Below, one piece after another: positions 9,887 through 19,094 of a stretch of 64,000 nt of DNA; the stretch's first letter is position 1; each line of letters opens with the position of its first letter. The stretch lies in assembly GCA_009729775.1 (NCBI GenBank), contig GCA_009729775.1_4081.1; one strand, written 5' to 3'. A model generated the notes under the pieces. It saw only the letters and a program-made list of their open reading frames with translations. It did not search any database and was not told the DNA's origin. This stretch comes from Escherichia coli. GTDB lineage: Bacteria > Pseudomonadota > Gammaproteobacteria > Enterobacterales > Enterobacteriaceae. A program made the position numbers and the translations under genes.

Positions 9887-10302
9887 ATAGTCCTCATTGT
9901 ACTGATTGCTTTTAATGTGTCAAACAATGCACCATATTTTACTTGCATTAGTTGATCACCAGCAGGAAGATTCATACGCATAACAGCCATGTCTTCAATC
10001 ATTTCAGACGTACACAGTACTGCTACACAGGTAATAGCATCATTCAATCCAGCTTCATTGAATTTGGCAAACGGAACTTTTCCCTGTTTGCTGAGGTTGT
10101 TATAATAAGAATTTAACTTATCATGTCCACCAGCATTTAGTACTACAATAGTTTCGTGTTCATTGTACCATTCATCAATAATAGTACTGAAAGCAGTACC
10201 TTCATATTCTTTAATTAGTTTAACACCAGCATGGAATGCTTGAATACCAGCTTGGACACCCTGGCAGTACATATTGGTTAAGCAATATAATTTCATTTCC
10301 AT
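9883..10302 (-). CDS. hypothetical protein
   Basis: 139 aa ORF, ATGA overlap with neighbour. Confidence 0.5.
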   Translation of the reverse strand: MEMKLYCLTNMYCQGVQAGIQAFHAGVKLIKEYEGTAFSTIIDEWYNEHETIVVLNAGGHDKLNSYYNNLSKQGKVPFAKFNEAGLNDAITCVAVLCTSEMIEDMAVMRMNLPAGDQLMQVKYGALFDTLKAISTMRTI

Positions 10303-10520
10303 ACCTCTTGTTTTTCTACGTAGCCTTTCCCATCACAGTGTGGACAAGCATAAAAGCTGCGGTAATCTTCTGACGGTACTTGTTGTGTTCCATTACATGT
10401 AGGACATACTTTACGTGCACCCGAAATAATACGTTCATGGTGTTCAGCTTGTTTAGCTGAATCAAAAATACGACCATCTTCAGTTTGGTATTTTTCTACC
10501 ATAACTTGAATTACTTTCAT
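10293..10520 (-). CDS. zinc-ribbon protein
   Basis: 75 aa; CPTCNG...CPHCDGKG (CxxC...CxxC). Confidence 0.55.
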   Translation of the reverse strand: MKVIQVMVEKYQTEDGRIFDSAKQAEHHERIISGARKVCPTCNGTQQVPSEDYRSFYACPHCDGKGYVEKQEVWK

Positions 10521-10530
10521 TTCTATTTCC

Positions 10531-10800
10531 TTATAAAAATGTTAAATCTTCAGTACTTAATTGTGATAATTTACCATCATATTCAATTTCAACATATACA
10601 TTTTGGTCATAAACAGCAACTACACGTTTAATAACTCCAACCTTCACGACATTCTTTTTGTAGTTGAACTCAACTGAACAACCAATAAGTTTATTTGATA
10701 GAATCTCACGTATTTGATTTGCATGATCTTTTAGGATAGAATTAATAGATTTTTTCATAATATATCTATCATTCAAATATTTTTTAACTACATCATGCAT
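10531..10800 (-). CDS. small hypothetical protein (family C-like)
   Basis: 89 aa; N-terminal helix then LIGCSV...V.V...YDG beta-rich pattern shared with other small ORFs. Confidence 0.45.
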   Translation of the reverse strand: MHDVVKKYLNDRYIMKKSINSILKDHANQIREILSNKLIGCSVEFNYKKNVVKVGVIKRVVAVYDQNVYVEIEYDGKLSQLSTEDLTFL

Positions 10801-10805
10801 AATTA

Positions 10806-11549
10806 TTACCTTTTGAAACGATTGAATGAGTACTCATCTTTTTCTTTACGTAAGTATCTCATTCCACCACTTTGTGGAGTAGCGAGAGTTAAGTCACCCG
10901 TCAAGAACTGACTATCAATCCATATGCGATTTCCGTAAATGAGTGGGTCTGTAACTGCTGTATGTCCACTAAAGACACAATGCACTCCATCTAACTTAGG
11001 TGCATAATATGTATTATTAGTTCTACAATAATCGAATGTTTTTCTATCCCACAAGCACTTATCAATTATATCAGCACTAAGTGATTTTGTCCCATTGACA
11101 AATCGTTCCCATGTTGTATATTCCAACGGAACTCCAGCATGAACTAACCCAATCTTCAATCCTCGGTGATTGATTTGGATAATCATAGGGAGATCCTTTA
11201 AGTACTGACGAAAGAATTGAATGCCTGTTCCCCCAACTTCATCAAGGAATTTATCACCACCATTACTTATCCAACAGTGATACCAATCTCGAAGTGTTTC
11301 CGAATCAACGCACATCATCTCATGATTACCAGCAATCATGTAACGATTTTCTCCGAACAAAAATTCAAAAAGGAGCTTTGAATTTTGTTCTCCACGGTCG
11401 ATAATATCACCTACACTGAAAACATAATCATTGTGTGTAATACCAAATTCTTTCACTGTAGCATCCCATAGTTTACCATTACCATGCAAATCACCTACAA
11501 TGTATAAATCTTTATCATCAGGTACGGTTACTTCTAAGAAGTGTTTCAT
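10806..11549 (-). CDS. PPP-family Ser/Thr protein phosphatase (lambda-phosphatase-like)
   Basis: GDLHGN, GDIIDRG, GNHE motifs; start trimmed to MKHFLEV with GGAG RBS. Confidence 0.8.
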   Translation of the reverse strand: MKHFLEVTVPDDKDLYIVGDLHGNGKLWDATVKEFGITHNDYVFSVGDIIDRGEQNSKLLFEFLFGENRYMIAGNHEMMCVDSETLRDWYHCWISNGGDKFLDEVGGTGIQFFRQYLKDLPMIIQINHRGLKIGLVHAGVPLEYTTWERFVNGTKSLSADIIDKCLWDRKTFDYCRTNNTYYAPKLDGVHCVFSGHTAVTDPLIYGNRIWIDSQFLTGDLTLATPQSGGMRYLRKEKDEYSFNRFKR

Positions 11550-11551
11550 TA

Positions 11552-11803
11552 TTACTCCAACCATATAATATTAGTGTGTTTAGTAACTTGTGTTCCAGCA
11601 AAAGAACCATCTTTAAGATAAGTATTAATTTTAAAACGCCATTCACCCCCACTAATATACATATCAGTAATAATATACTTTCCATACCCTCTGGAGTTTA
11701 TTAATCGTACTTCTTGACCAATATATTTTGGCTTCAGATCATTTATAAAATCATCAGCCAAAGACATAAGATATCGCAAATGTGATAAGTCGGTGTTGAA
11801 CAT
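11552..11803 (-). CDS. small hypothetical protein (family C-like)
   Basis: 83 aa; KYIGQEVRL...G.W.F.I pattern. Confidence 0.45.
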   Translation of the reverse strand: MFNTDLSHLRYLMSLADDFINDLKPKYIGQEVRLINSRGYGKYIITDMYISGGEWRFKINTYLKDGSFAGTQVTKHTNIIWLE

Positions 11804-12018
11804 TATTTCTTTCTCTTATATTTGTTAATAATATCTTGGGTAAGTGAAATAAAAATATATACTAACGTTACAGGCCAAATAATAGCCATCAGTGCTGCTG
11901 TTTGGAGATTCATGATAATCATGATTTCATCTTTAAAACAACCCCAATTAAGTACTAGAAAGTTGGTTATAAATGTAACAAATGCTACAAAACCATATAT
12001 TGCAAAAAATGTTATCAT
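11803..12018 (-). CDS. small membrane protein
   Basis: 71 aa, two hydrophobic helices. Confidence 0.45.
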   Translation of the reverse strand: MITFFAIYGFVAFVTFITNFLVLNWGCFKDEIMIIMNLQTAALMAIIWPVTLVYIFISLTQDIINKYKRKK

Positions 12019-12020
12019 AA

Positions 12021-12350
12021 TTATTCCTCATCATCCACTAAAACAAGATAATCCAAACTTAACTCGGTATCTATGTAACAATCACAATTCAAGTACTCAA
12101 TTTCAGCACCTATAGTTCTCCCATTCTTAAATATCTCAATGATTTTCATTCTAGTATTGGGATTAATGTGTTCAATGTCGTATTCGTATTCAGGGTCAAT
12201 ATACTCACTTGTCATACGTTTGATGTATTGTTCCGAATATCGTACAGTTTTACCTATAAGATCATTACTCAACGTCTGATAAAAATCATCTTGAATTTTG
12301 AATAATGACCTATAAAAAATATTATGTTGAATTAGTGGTTTCATTGACAT
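12021..12350 (-). CDS. small hypothetical protein (family C-like)
   Basis: 109 aa ORF. Confidence 0.45.
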   Translation of the reverse strand: MSMKPLIQHNIFYRSLFKIQDDFYQTLSNDLIGKTVRYSEQYIKRMTSEYIDPEYEYDIEHINPNTRMKIIEIFKNGRTIGAEIEYLNCDCYIDTELSLDYLVLVDDEE

Positions 12351-12979
12351 TAATCACAACTTCCAGACGATGAACTTGAATCAGAACTAGAGCTATCATA
12401 GGAACAAGAATCAGAGGAAGAACTGCTGTGACGGCTATAATCACTGTAATCATCATTGTTGTAGATTGGTGATGTTACGATTGCTGCTGCGGTCGCTGCC
12501 GTTGCAATTTGTGCAGTATGGTCATGAACACCTAGTTGTGGTTCATCCTTAGATTTACCTTTGTTCTTACCTTTAGTGTAACGAGCTTTCTTTGCAGTTT
12601 TAGTATTTTTCTGTACTTTAGGAGCTTTTGGTTTCACATCTTCAACTACTGGAACTACATTCACTACAACTTTAGGATCAGTTTCTTCAAGTGTATTATA
12701 CACTTTAACTTGCATTTGAACTTCAACTTCTTTAACTTCTTCTTTAACTTCTGGAATAACTGTTTCTGGTGCTGGAGTGATTTTATCAAGTTCTTTAGTA
12801 ATAAAGAAGCTTGTATTTTTCTCACCTAGCATAACAAGAAGACCAATGGCAATCACTGGACTTAGTACTGTACCAAGTACTACATAACCTAGAACACTTC
12901 TGTTATAGTTATATGCAAGCATACCAGAAATAATAATACCGATTACATATGCACTGCTAAGAATAATTGGGGTTAACAT
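12350..12979 (-). CDS. membrane protein with Lys-rich linker and Ser/Asp-rich low-complexity tail
   Basis: 209 aa; two N-terminal TM helices, EVKEEVKEVEV, KGKNKGKSK, C-terminal SSSSSDSCSYDSSSSDSSSSSGSCD. Confidence 0.55.
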   Translation of the reverse strand: MLTPIILSSAYVIGIIISGMLAYNYNRSVLGYVVLGTVLSPVIAIGLLVMLGEKNTSFFITKELDKITPAPETVIPEVKEEVKEVEVQMQVKVYNTLEETDPKVVVNVVPVVEDVKPKAPKVQKNTKTAKKARYTKGKNKGKSKDEPQLGVHDHTAQIATAATAAAIVTSPIYNNDDYSDYSRHSSSSSDSCSYDSSSSDSSSSSGSCD

Positions 12980-13283
12980 ATTCTACTCCTTTGTATATAA
13001 ATTTACTAACTTCTTCGATGTATAAAGACGTTCCTGAACGTTCATTTAGAACTAACCAAGCACCAAAACCACATCGAATCTCGGATATATGAAACTCTTC
13101 TACACTATAATTTGAATACGCGTTAAATGGACATATTTCATCAGATATACTTACCACATAGTTATTATTAATTGAATCTAACACCTGGGTATTGTATAAA
13201 TTATTAGTACTGAAAATCTGCATTAACGAGCTAGAAAGCATCTCGGTTGTCTTTTCTAATATTGTTAAAAACGAACCATTCAC
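12957..13283 (-). CDS. hypothetical protein
   Basis: 108 aa ORF. Confidence 0.45.
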   Translation of the reverse strand: MNGSFLTILEKTTEMLSSSLMQIFSTNNLYNTQVLDSINNNYVVSISDEICPFNAYSNYSVEEFHISEIRCGFGAWLVLNERSGTSLYIEEVSKFIYKGVEYVNPNYS

Positions 13284-13340
13284 TTCAACTTCTCCCTATT
13301 GGTGATGTAATCAAATTATATCACCGAATTCTGATACGTC

Positions 13341-13646
13341 TCATGATATTCGCATTTCATCTATATATAATGAACATGATTCAGAATTATCGTCTAAACT
13401 TAAACCTAAATCGACCATTAAACCACAATGCGTTCCCCAGAATTTTTTTATGTATAGTTTTTTGCTACTATTACCTAAATCATAAACATATTCATTTTTA
13501 AACATACTTTTTAATTCTTCACATATACATTTTACTATCTTCATTAATTGATTATGATATTCGTATGGTATCCCATCAAGTTCGTTAATTATTAATGCAA
13601 AACCATTATCATAGTACTTTAGCTTATTGAATGTTTGTATATCCAT
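13341..13646 (-). CDS. hypothetical protein
   Basis: 101 aa ORF. Confidence 0.45.
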   Translation of the reverse strand: MDIQTFNKLKYYDNGFALIINELDGIPYEYHNQLMKIVKCICEELKSMFKNEYVYDLGNSSKKLYIKKFWGTHCGLMVDLGLSLDDNSESCSLYIDEMRIS

Positions 13647-13943
13647 TTAATATATAATCTCACTAGCTTCTATTGTGTAGACACCATCATCAGTCATTAA
13701 TCTTACTGCAACTTTAATATTACTAGACATTCGTGTAACTATCAATCCAATAATTATACCATTCTTTAAAGTACCATTATGGTATCTAACTTTTACTTCA
13801 GTTTTATTATCAATTAAGTATCTTCTAATTATGTGTATTTCATTTCTGAATAATTCTAAAAAAGCTTCACTATTTTCTTTATCTGACCCGTCTGAACACC
13901 AGTACAATAAATTTACTTGTTCAAATAATTTTTTTATATTCAT
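13647..13943 (-). CDS. small hypothetical protein (family C-like)
   Basis: 98 aa ORF. Confidence 0.45.
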   Translation of the reverse strand: MNIKKLFEQVNLLYWCSDGSDKENSEAFLELFRNEIHIIRRYLIDNKTEVKVRYHNGTLKNGIIIGLIVTRMSSNIKVAVRLMTDDGVYTIEASEIIY

Positions 13944-14299
13944 AAAAATCTCACAGATTTAATATTACTGGTTACATGATTTACCCAAGTGTTATCGAAC
14001 TTGTAAACAATTGTATTAAGTGATTTATGAAAATTAACCTCGCACACTAATGCCTTGGAACCATTGATTGTACAGACCGTGGATGGTAAGTTGTTTGCTA
14101 ATATCTCTTTTTCATCTAAACAAAGTGAACTAATACAATCATAATAGAGAGGTTCAAGAACTTTTTCAGTACTGAGAAATTCAAAAGAAAGATCATCTAT
14201 TAGTTTTATGTAATCGAATAAATTATGATAATATTCATTCATTGTAGATCCTTTTAAATTTAGCATTATTAGAATATGTATATGAATGACCAAAATCAT
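13940..14299 (-). CDS. hypothetical protein
   Basis: 119 aa ORF. Confidence 0.45.
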   Translation of the reverse strand: MILVIHIHILIMLNLKGSTMNEYYHNLFDYIKLIDDLSFEFLSTEKVLEPLYYDCISSLCLDEKEILANNLPSTVCTINGSKALVCEVNFHKSLNTIVYKFDNTWVNHVTSNIKSVRFL

Positions 14300-14489
14300 T
14301 TACACCATGTACATTTAGTACACCGTCACTGAAATAAATTCGATCAATAGTGAGTTCACGTTTATAATCCCAATCATCATACCAGCACAGAACACGAATA
14401 CCTTTGTACTTTGTAGTTAAATCATTTTCTAATATAGTCAAGTAATCAATATGACTTTTGAATATCTCTAAGTCCTGCTCAAACATCAT
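14235..14489 (-). CDS. small hypothetical protein (family C-like)
   Basis: 84 aa; KYKGIRVLCW pattern. Confidence 0.45.
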   Translation of the reverse strand: MMFEQDLEIFKSHIDYLTILENDLTTKYKGIRVLCWYDDWDYKRELTIDRIYFSDGVLNVHGVNDFGHSYTYSNNAKFKRIYNE

Positions 14490-14746
14490 TGTTCCTCGTA
14501 TAATTCTATATCATCAACTCCAACTTGGCGAATTGCAGTACTTCTGTTGAATGTATTTTTTTCAAACAAACATACTGTTAAACGTATTTCACACTTCAAT
14601 GCACTGTAATAAATCATATCAATAACACCATATGTTTCATACATTTCTACGTATACATTTCGACCTAAATACTTTTCTTCTAAATCAGTAATTAGACTAT
14701 TGATAAGATTACCTATCTGTGTTATATCTGTGTGAAATTTATCCAT
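14486..14746 (-). CDS. small hypothetical protein (family C-like)
   Basis: 86 aa; KYLGRNVYVE pattern. Confidence 0.45.
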   Translation of the reverse strand: MDKFHTDITQIGNLINSLITDLEEKYLGRNVYVEMYETYGVIDMIYYSALKCEIRLTVCLFEKNTFNRSTAIRQVGVDDIELYEEQ

Positions 14747-14923
14747 TATAATAAACCTCTCACATAAAACATTGATGAAAATAGATAATCATTAGTACTT
14801 GTGTTTAGTTGTTTAGAAAAGTTATATTTTTTATCTTTATTTTCGTATAAAGACAATCTATAGAACATTTCTATATTTTCTAAGTATTCTTTTTGTAACA
14901 ACATCTGTGTTTTTACATTCATT
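14746..14923 (-). CDS. small hypothetical protein
   Basis: Track ORF 14746..14991 trimmed to internal Met (MNVKTQ) because a hairpin and the PNK 3' end occupy the upstream part. Confidence 0.3.
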
Positions 14924-14940
14924 ATAATATACCTTAAAAG

Positions 14941-14970
14941 AAAAAGGGACCAACATATGATCCCTTTTGT
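14941..14970 (-). terminator. possible weak terminator after pseT
   Basis: A5-GGGA-loop-TCCC-T4; short stem, low confidence. Confidence 0.3.
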
Positions 14971-14971
14971 A

Positions 14972-15904
14972 TTAGAAATTTCCTTCTGCAACTTGCATTA
15001 CTTTCAAGCCAAGTAGCTTACGCCACATGAATACAACTTGATCGCGGTCATCATAAACCTTTTTAACATCGTAATGATCAACCACATTTTTCATGTACAG
15101 GTCGAATTTTACAACATCATCGGGACGTTTATCATCTATGTCTCGCATAAACAATGCATCGTAAGGAATACCCCAATTCTTAAGCCACTGTTCGGTATCA
15201 GCACGACACCCTTCAGTACGCCCACTCATGACGATAATCTTGCGTTTATGAAAAACTGCTTCAGCGATAATAGACAAAATAACTTCTTCATCTGGTGTAT
15301 CCTGAAGAACAGTACTTTCATCGTAAGGATTACGACCCCATTTATGAGCAAGAGTACCGTCAATATCAACGATAACAGCAGCTTCTCGTGAATTACCATA
15401 GTAACCAATGTGCATGGCCTTACTATAATAGTACGTATCTGCCATAGTGTCAATGATATTATCTTGTACTGAACGCTCACGCATGAGGTTACGTTTCTTA
15501 CAAAGTTTTACGAACTCTTTAATCTTAAAGAAAACATGAACATCTGCACCACGATCTTCATTCGGTACAAAATCTTCGTAGAAGTTCTTTTCTTTGTAGT
15601 CGTATTCATTATCTTTAGCCCAACGTTTCCATTCATCACGGAAATGTTGTTTAAGGTTCGTATCGGACACAATGATGTTCCAACCATTCTCTGCTGCTGA
15701 ATTTGCTGCACTGAACTGCATTTTAGTTACGTACTGCTCATTAGCGTCGTTGAATTTGTATGCATCATGTGACCCTGCCATTGATTCTCGAATGTCATCA
15801 CGGTTAATGTTGATAGTCTTCGATTTGGCATTTTTAATTTCTTGAACTGCCCATGTGGTTTTACCACAACCAGGCAACCCAACTGTTAGTGTAATAGTTG
15901 GCAT
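14972..15904 (-). CDS. pseT: polynucleotide 5'-kinase / 3'-phosphatase (T4 PseT-like)
   Basis: 310 aa; P-loop GLPGCGKTTWA, NINRDD, VIVDIDGTLA (HAD DxDGT), KVYDDRDQVV; collinear with T4 Pnk (GCPGSGKSTWA...NINRDD...FDVDGTLA). Confidence 0.9.
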   Translation of the reverse strand: MPTITLTVGLPGCGKTTWAVQEIKNAKSKTININRDDIRESMAGSHDAYKFNDANEQYVTKMQFSAANSAAENGWNIIVSDTNLKQHFRDEWKRWAKDNEYDYKEKNFYEDFVPNEDRGADVHVFFKIKEFVKLCKKRNLMRERSVQDNIIDTMADTYYYSKAMHIGYYGNSREAAVIVDIDGTLAHKWGRNPYDESTVLQDTPDEEVILSIIAEAVFHKRKIIVMSGRTEGCRADTEQWLKNWGIPYDALFMRDIDDKRPDDVVKFDLYMKNVVDHYDVKKVYDDRDQVVFMWRKLLGLKVMQVAEGNF

Positions 15905-15916
15905 TATTACTCCTTG

Positions 15917-16231
15917 TTACTCAATGAATTCTACATCTTCGAGTTTGTGCCATCCTCTTGAAAGGTTTCTTGTTCCGTTATTGTATTCAGTGTATACAAA
16001 GCATTCACCATTTACTAAATTACCAATAGCAGTACGCGATACTTTAACATCAAGAATTATAGTACTGAACCATTCTCTGATTGTATGATCCCAGCATTTA
16101 ACTTTACATCCAATCAATGTTTTCTTAAAATCGAAAACGTAATCTTCGACCATTGATTCGACAGATTCTATTAGTTCCTTTTCAATGTACTTTAACTTTT
16201 CGATCCTCTCAAATGCAAGTTCTTTATTCAT
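15917..16231 (-). CDS. small hypothetical protein (family C-like)
   Basis: 104 aa ORF. Confidence 0.45.
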   Translation of the reverse strand: MNKELAFERIEKLKYIEKELIESVESMVEDYVFDFKKTLIGCKVKCWDHTIREWFSTIILDVKVSRTAIGNLVNGECFVYTEYNNGTRNLSRGWHKLEDVEFIE

Positions 16232-16237
16232 ATGTCC

Positions 16238-16492
16238 TCAATTATCTAGAACATCCACTATCAAACAAGCTTCAATAACGAAACAATCATCTAATTCAAA
16301 GAGTAATTGATAGTCATCAGAAAACTTCACTTTAGTAATGTAAGCACTTTCAATTCCACCACTATGATAAGAACTATATAAAATACATTTACCTGTATAT
16401 TCCTTACGGATACGACTAAATTCTTCATATAAATGAGTAATAAACGTATCCGCAGTTTTGTTGTAGTATTTTAGGTCACTTACTGTGCTCAT
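16238..16492 (-). CDS. small hypothetical protein (family C-like)
   Basis: 84 aa ORF. Confidence 0.45.
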   Translation of the reverse strand: MSTVSDLKYYNKTADTFITHLYEEFSRIRKEYTGKCILYSSYHSGGIESAYITKVKFSDDYQLLFELDDCFVIEACLIVDVLDN

Positions 16493-16706
16493 TAACTTTT
16501 CCTACTCCAAATCGTTTGGAGATTTTCACAAGTACAGATTCATCACAACGAATACTAGCTGTATCATTGGATGAACTGTACTTTAATGGGGTCCACTGTA
16601 ATTGAGATTCTTCTAGGAACTTGATACATCTGAAGTAATCTTTCAGAGAAAGAAATTTAACTACTGACATATCCTGAACAATACTATGCTGAACTTCAAC
16701 TTTCAT
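16476..16706 (-). CDS. small hypothetical protein
   Basis: 76 aa ORF. Confidence 0.4.
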   Translation of the reverse strand: MKVEVQHSIVQDMSVVKFLSLKDYFRCIKFLEESQLQWTPLKYSSSNDTASIRCDESVLVKISKRFGVGKVNEHSK

Positions 16707-16715
16707 ATGAACTCC

Positions 16716-16973
16716 TTATAGTGGATCAAATTTATTTTCACGTTTCGATGTATAGCGAGTTACATCATGTATTCTCGGCTTAACACCTTTTGGTTTCCTT
16801 TTCTTCTTGTATTCAGTACTACTACATCCGAAGGTATTCTCGATTCGTTTCTTACTTATCTTCACACCTTTCATTGAGCGTTTGTGCTGTAATTCATCGA
16901 TTTCTTCTTGTATTTTCCTGAACTCAGTCGGAGAAAGGGAACCGTCATTTTTATACTTAGGTTTAGCCATCAC
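16716..16973 (-). CDS. small basic Lys/Arg-rich protein (possible nucleic-acid binding)
   Basis: 85 aa, KKRKPKGVKPR; AAGGAG RBS. Confidence 0.5.
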   Translation of the reverse strand: MMAKPKYKNDGSLSPTEFRKIQEEIDELQHKRSMKGVKISKKRIENTFGCSSTEYKKKRKPKGVKPRIHDVTRYTSKRENKFDPL

Positions 16974-17000
16974 TTCTCCTTGTGCTTAGGCTAGATAGTA

Positions 17001-18143
17001 CTAAAAATCCTTTAGTACAATTTTCATGTATTTTATAAGAGTCTCTTTGTAATCAACTTTCTTATTGTTATACATTGCAAAGGCCAAGCCCTGACGATTC
17101 AGTTCATTAGTTAAACACTCCTGAACCTTCATTGCGAATTCCTTTCGCTCCAAGTGCTTGTGTTCCTTGACGAAGCTTTCTACTTCATCTTGTAATGCAT
17201 TATAGCACGAAAATACCAATTGTTCCATTCTTAATATCTTTTGCATAGCATATTCATCAGTACTGAACAATTGTTTTAAATCATCACTAGAACCATTTAA
17301 TACTGCTTCATATAAATGAGAATCAATAATAATACTATCTTTTGTAAGATGTAATGAACTGTACCAGTCAGTCTTTATTTTACACATTGTCCCATTATTT
17401 AGGATGCACACAAAACCCTCAATATCAAGCATTTTATGAACTTCCTCCACGCTTTCACGGAAGGTATTTCGTACCGGAAAAGTGTGATGAATATCTTTTC
17501 CAGTCATATTAGTACTGTACTGTGCAAGACATGGAAACTTATCACGTAGTGCTTTACCACATAGCAACTCACCACTCACACGATGACGAACGTTCAGTAC
17601 AAACAGTTGTTCTACCTGATATGGTAATACAATTCGGTACTCTGGGCTTGTATACTCCATATTAACTGTGTAACCTAAACGTTCCGCTTCGTCGATGTAC
17701 TGATACAAATTCTGGTTCTCGTTAATAAGTCGAGTACTGTTAATCGCATGGTCAGAGTACAATGCAGTATGTGATTTACAACGAATCTCACCATCATTAT
17801 CACGGTAAGTACTGATTACTGAACCATCCAACTTAGGCATCACTACTGCAATGTCATTACATGTGGTGTTGGCAGGGAACATTGTAGCAGGATTCTCATA
17901 AGCATTAAAGAACTTTTTCATAGTACGGGCAGCACAACGAATCATTTCACCTTCTTCATCAATTTCCCACATAGATCCACGGGTTTCTAATGCATTGGGT
18001 TGCATGAAATCAGTATATGATGCTAGTCGGTAACTGAATACACGATACGTGCCACCAGCAGGACTTTTATGATCTACATAAAAGAACGCATCGTTTGTAT
18101 TACATAAGTGCATTAAATCTTCATATATTTGCAAAAGGGTCAT
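17001..18143 (-). CDS. rnlA: RNA ligase 1 (T4 Rnl1 / gp63-like)
   Basis: 380 aa; YRVFSYRLASYTDF, ETRGSMWE, nucleotidyl-transfer motif KLDGSV, IEGFVCI, KIKTDWY; collinear with T4 Rnl1 (YRIFSYNYASYSDW...KEDGSL...KIKSDWY). Confidence 0.9.
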   Translation of the reverse strand: MTLLQIYEDLMHLCNTNDAFFYVDHKSPAGGTYRVFSYRLASYTDFMQPNALETRGSMWEIDEEGEMIRCAARTMKKFFNAYENPATMFPANTTCNDIAVVMPKLDGSVISTYRDNDGEIRCKSHTALYSDHAINSTRLINENQNLYQYIDEAERLGYTVNMEYTSPEYRIVLPYQVEQLFVLNVRHRVSGELLCGKALRDKFPCLAQYSTNMTGKDIHHTFPVRNTFRESVEEVHKMLDIEGFVCILNNGTMCKIKTDWYSSLHLTKDSIIIDSHLYEAVLNGSSDDLKQLFSTDEYAMQKILRMEQLVFSCYNALQDEVESFVKEHKHLERKEFAMKVQECLTNELNRQGLAFAMYNNKKVDYKETLIKYMKIVLKDF

Positions 18144-18448
18144 TTTATTACCTCTATATCTACATCAGTTCCATAATATGATATTAATCCATCATCAGAT
18201 TCACACTGAATAGACAACTCAGATTCATAGTATGTTACTTTATTCACTGTTAGTACGTGTTCTTCAATTTTTCCAGAAAAATAATTCATTTCACGCACAC
18301 GAACTTTAGTTCCTTTAGGTAGTTCATCTGAGATTTTTTGAACAAGTTCATAAGCAGCCTGTTCAAGTGTGTACAGTAATTGTAATCTATCTTGAATATT
18401 CATATTATTTCCACCAACTTGTATCACGTCCATTAGACAAAGATTCAT
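18140..18448 (-). CDS. small hypothetical protein (family C-like)
   Basis: 102 aa ORF. Confidence 0.45.
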   Translation of the reverse strand: MNLCLMDVIQVGGNNMNIQDRLQLLYTLEQAAYELVQKISDELPKGTKVRVREMNYFSGKIEEHVLTVNKVTYYESELSIQCESDDGLISYYGTDVDIEVIK

Positions 18449-19094
18449 TGTACTGATGCCTAAAATTAGTTTTTGGATTATTGTTCATAGTACTAATAAA
18501 ATCAAATTTAACATTCTCTTGAATATATTTTTTAACACTATCTTTAAATTTAATAGTACTGAAGTCTAAATCTAGATGTTCATACAATACCGGATGACAA
18601 AACTCATGTGTACGCAACGATGGCATAGTATCCTTAATGTATTGCACAGTGTTAATCATTGCATTGTATTCAGGCATAGCACGCATCATCATTAGCTGAA
18701 AGTGTTCTTCCTCTGACATTGACTCATCCAAATCAATAACGACTTCATCATTTTTAGAGTCATAAACTTTAATGGTACTCTTGGTTGGATCAAGCATCGC
18801 CCACTCTGGATACAGGCATGTTTTCCAAAAAGGATTATTGCACTGAAACATACTAATGAGATTTTGATCTTTATCAAAAATAGCAAATCCAAGATCCGAA
18901 CTTGGTTGTACTTCACATACACAAATATCGTAAGACGAGTCTTCAGTACTGAGTGAACCAACTACATTTGATATATGTGAATATGGAGTTTCTCTTGACT
19001 CCAACTGAAATGTACTTTCAATTCGATTGATTTGTGGATGTAATGTAATTACACCCCTTAGTACATATAAAATTCTATCTAAATCTTTAATCAA
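18405..19094 (-). CDS. family A paralog (outlier)
   Basis: 229 aa; motif SEEEHFQLMMM. Confidence 0.5.
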   Translation of the reverse strand: MIKDLDRILYVLRGVITLHPQINRIESTFQLESRETPYSHISNVVGSLSTEDSSYDICVCEVQPSSDLGFAIFDKDQNLISMFQCNNPFWKTCLYPEWAMLDPTKSTIKVYDSKNDEVVIDLDESMSEEEHFQLMMMRAMPEYNAMINTVQYIKDTMPSLRTHEFCHPVLYEHLDLDFSTIKFKDSVKKYIQENVKFDFISTMNNNPKTNFRHQYNESLSNGRDTSWWK

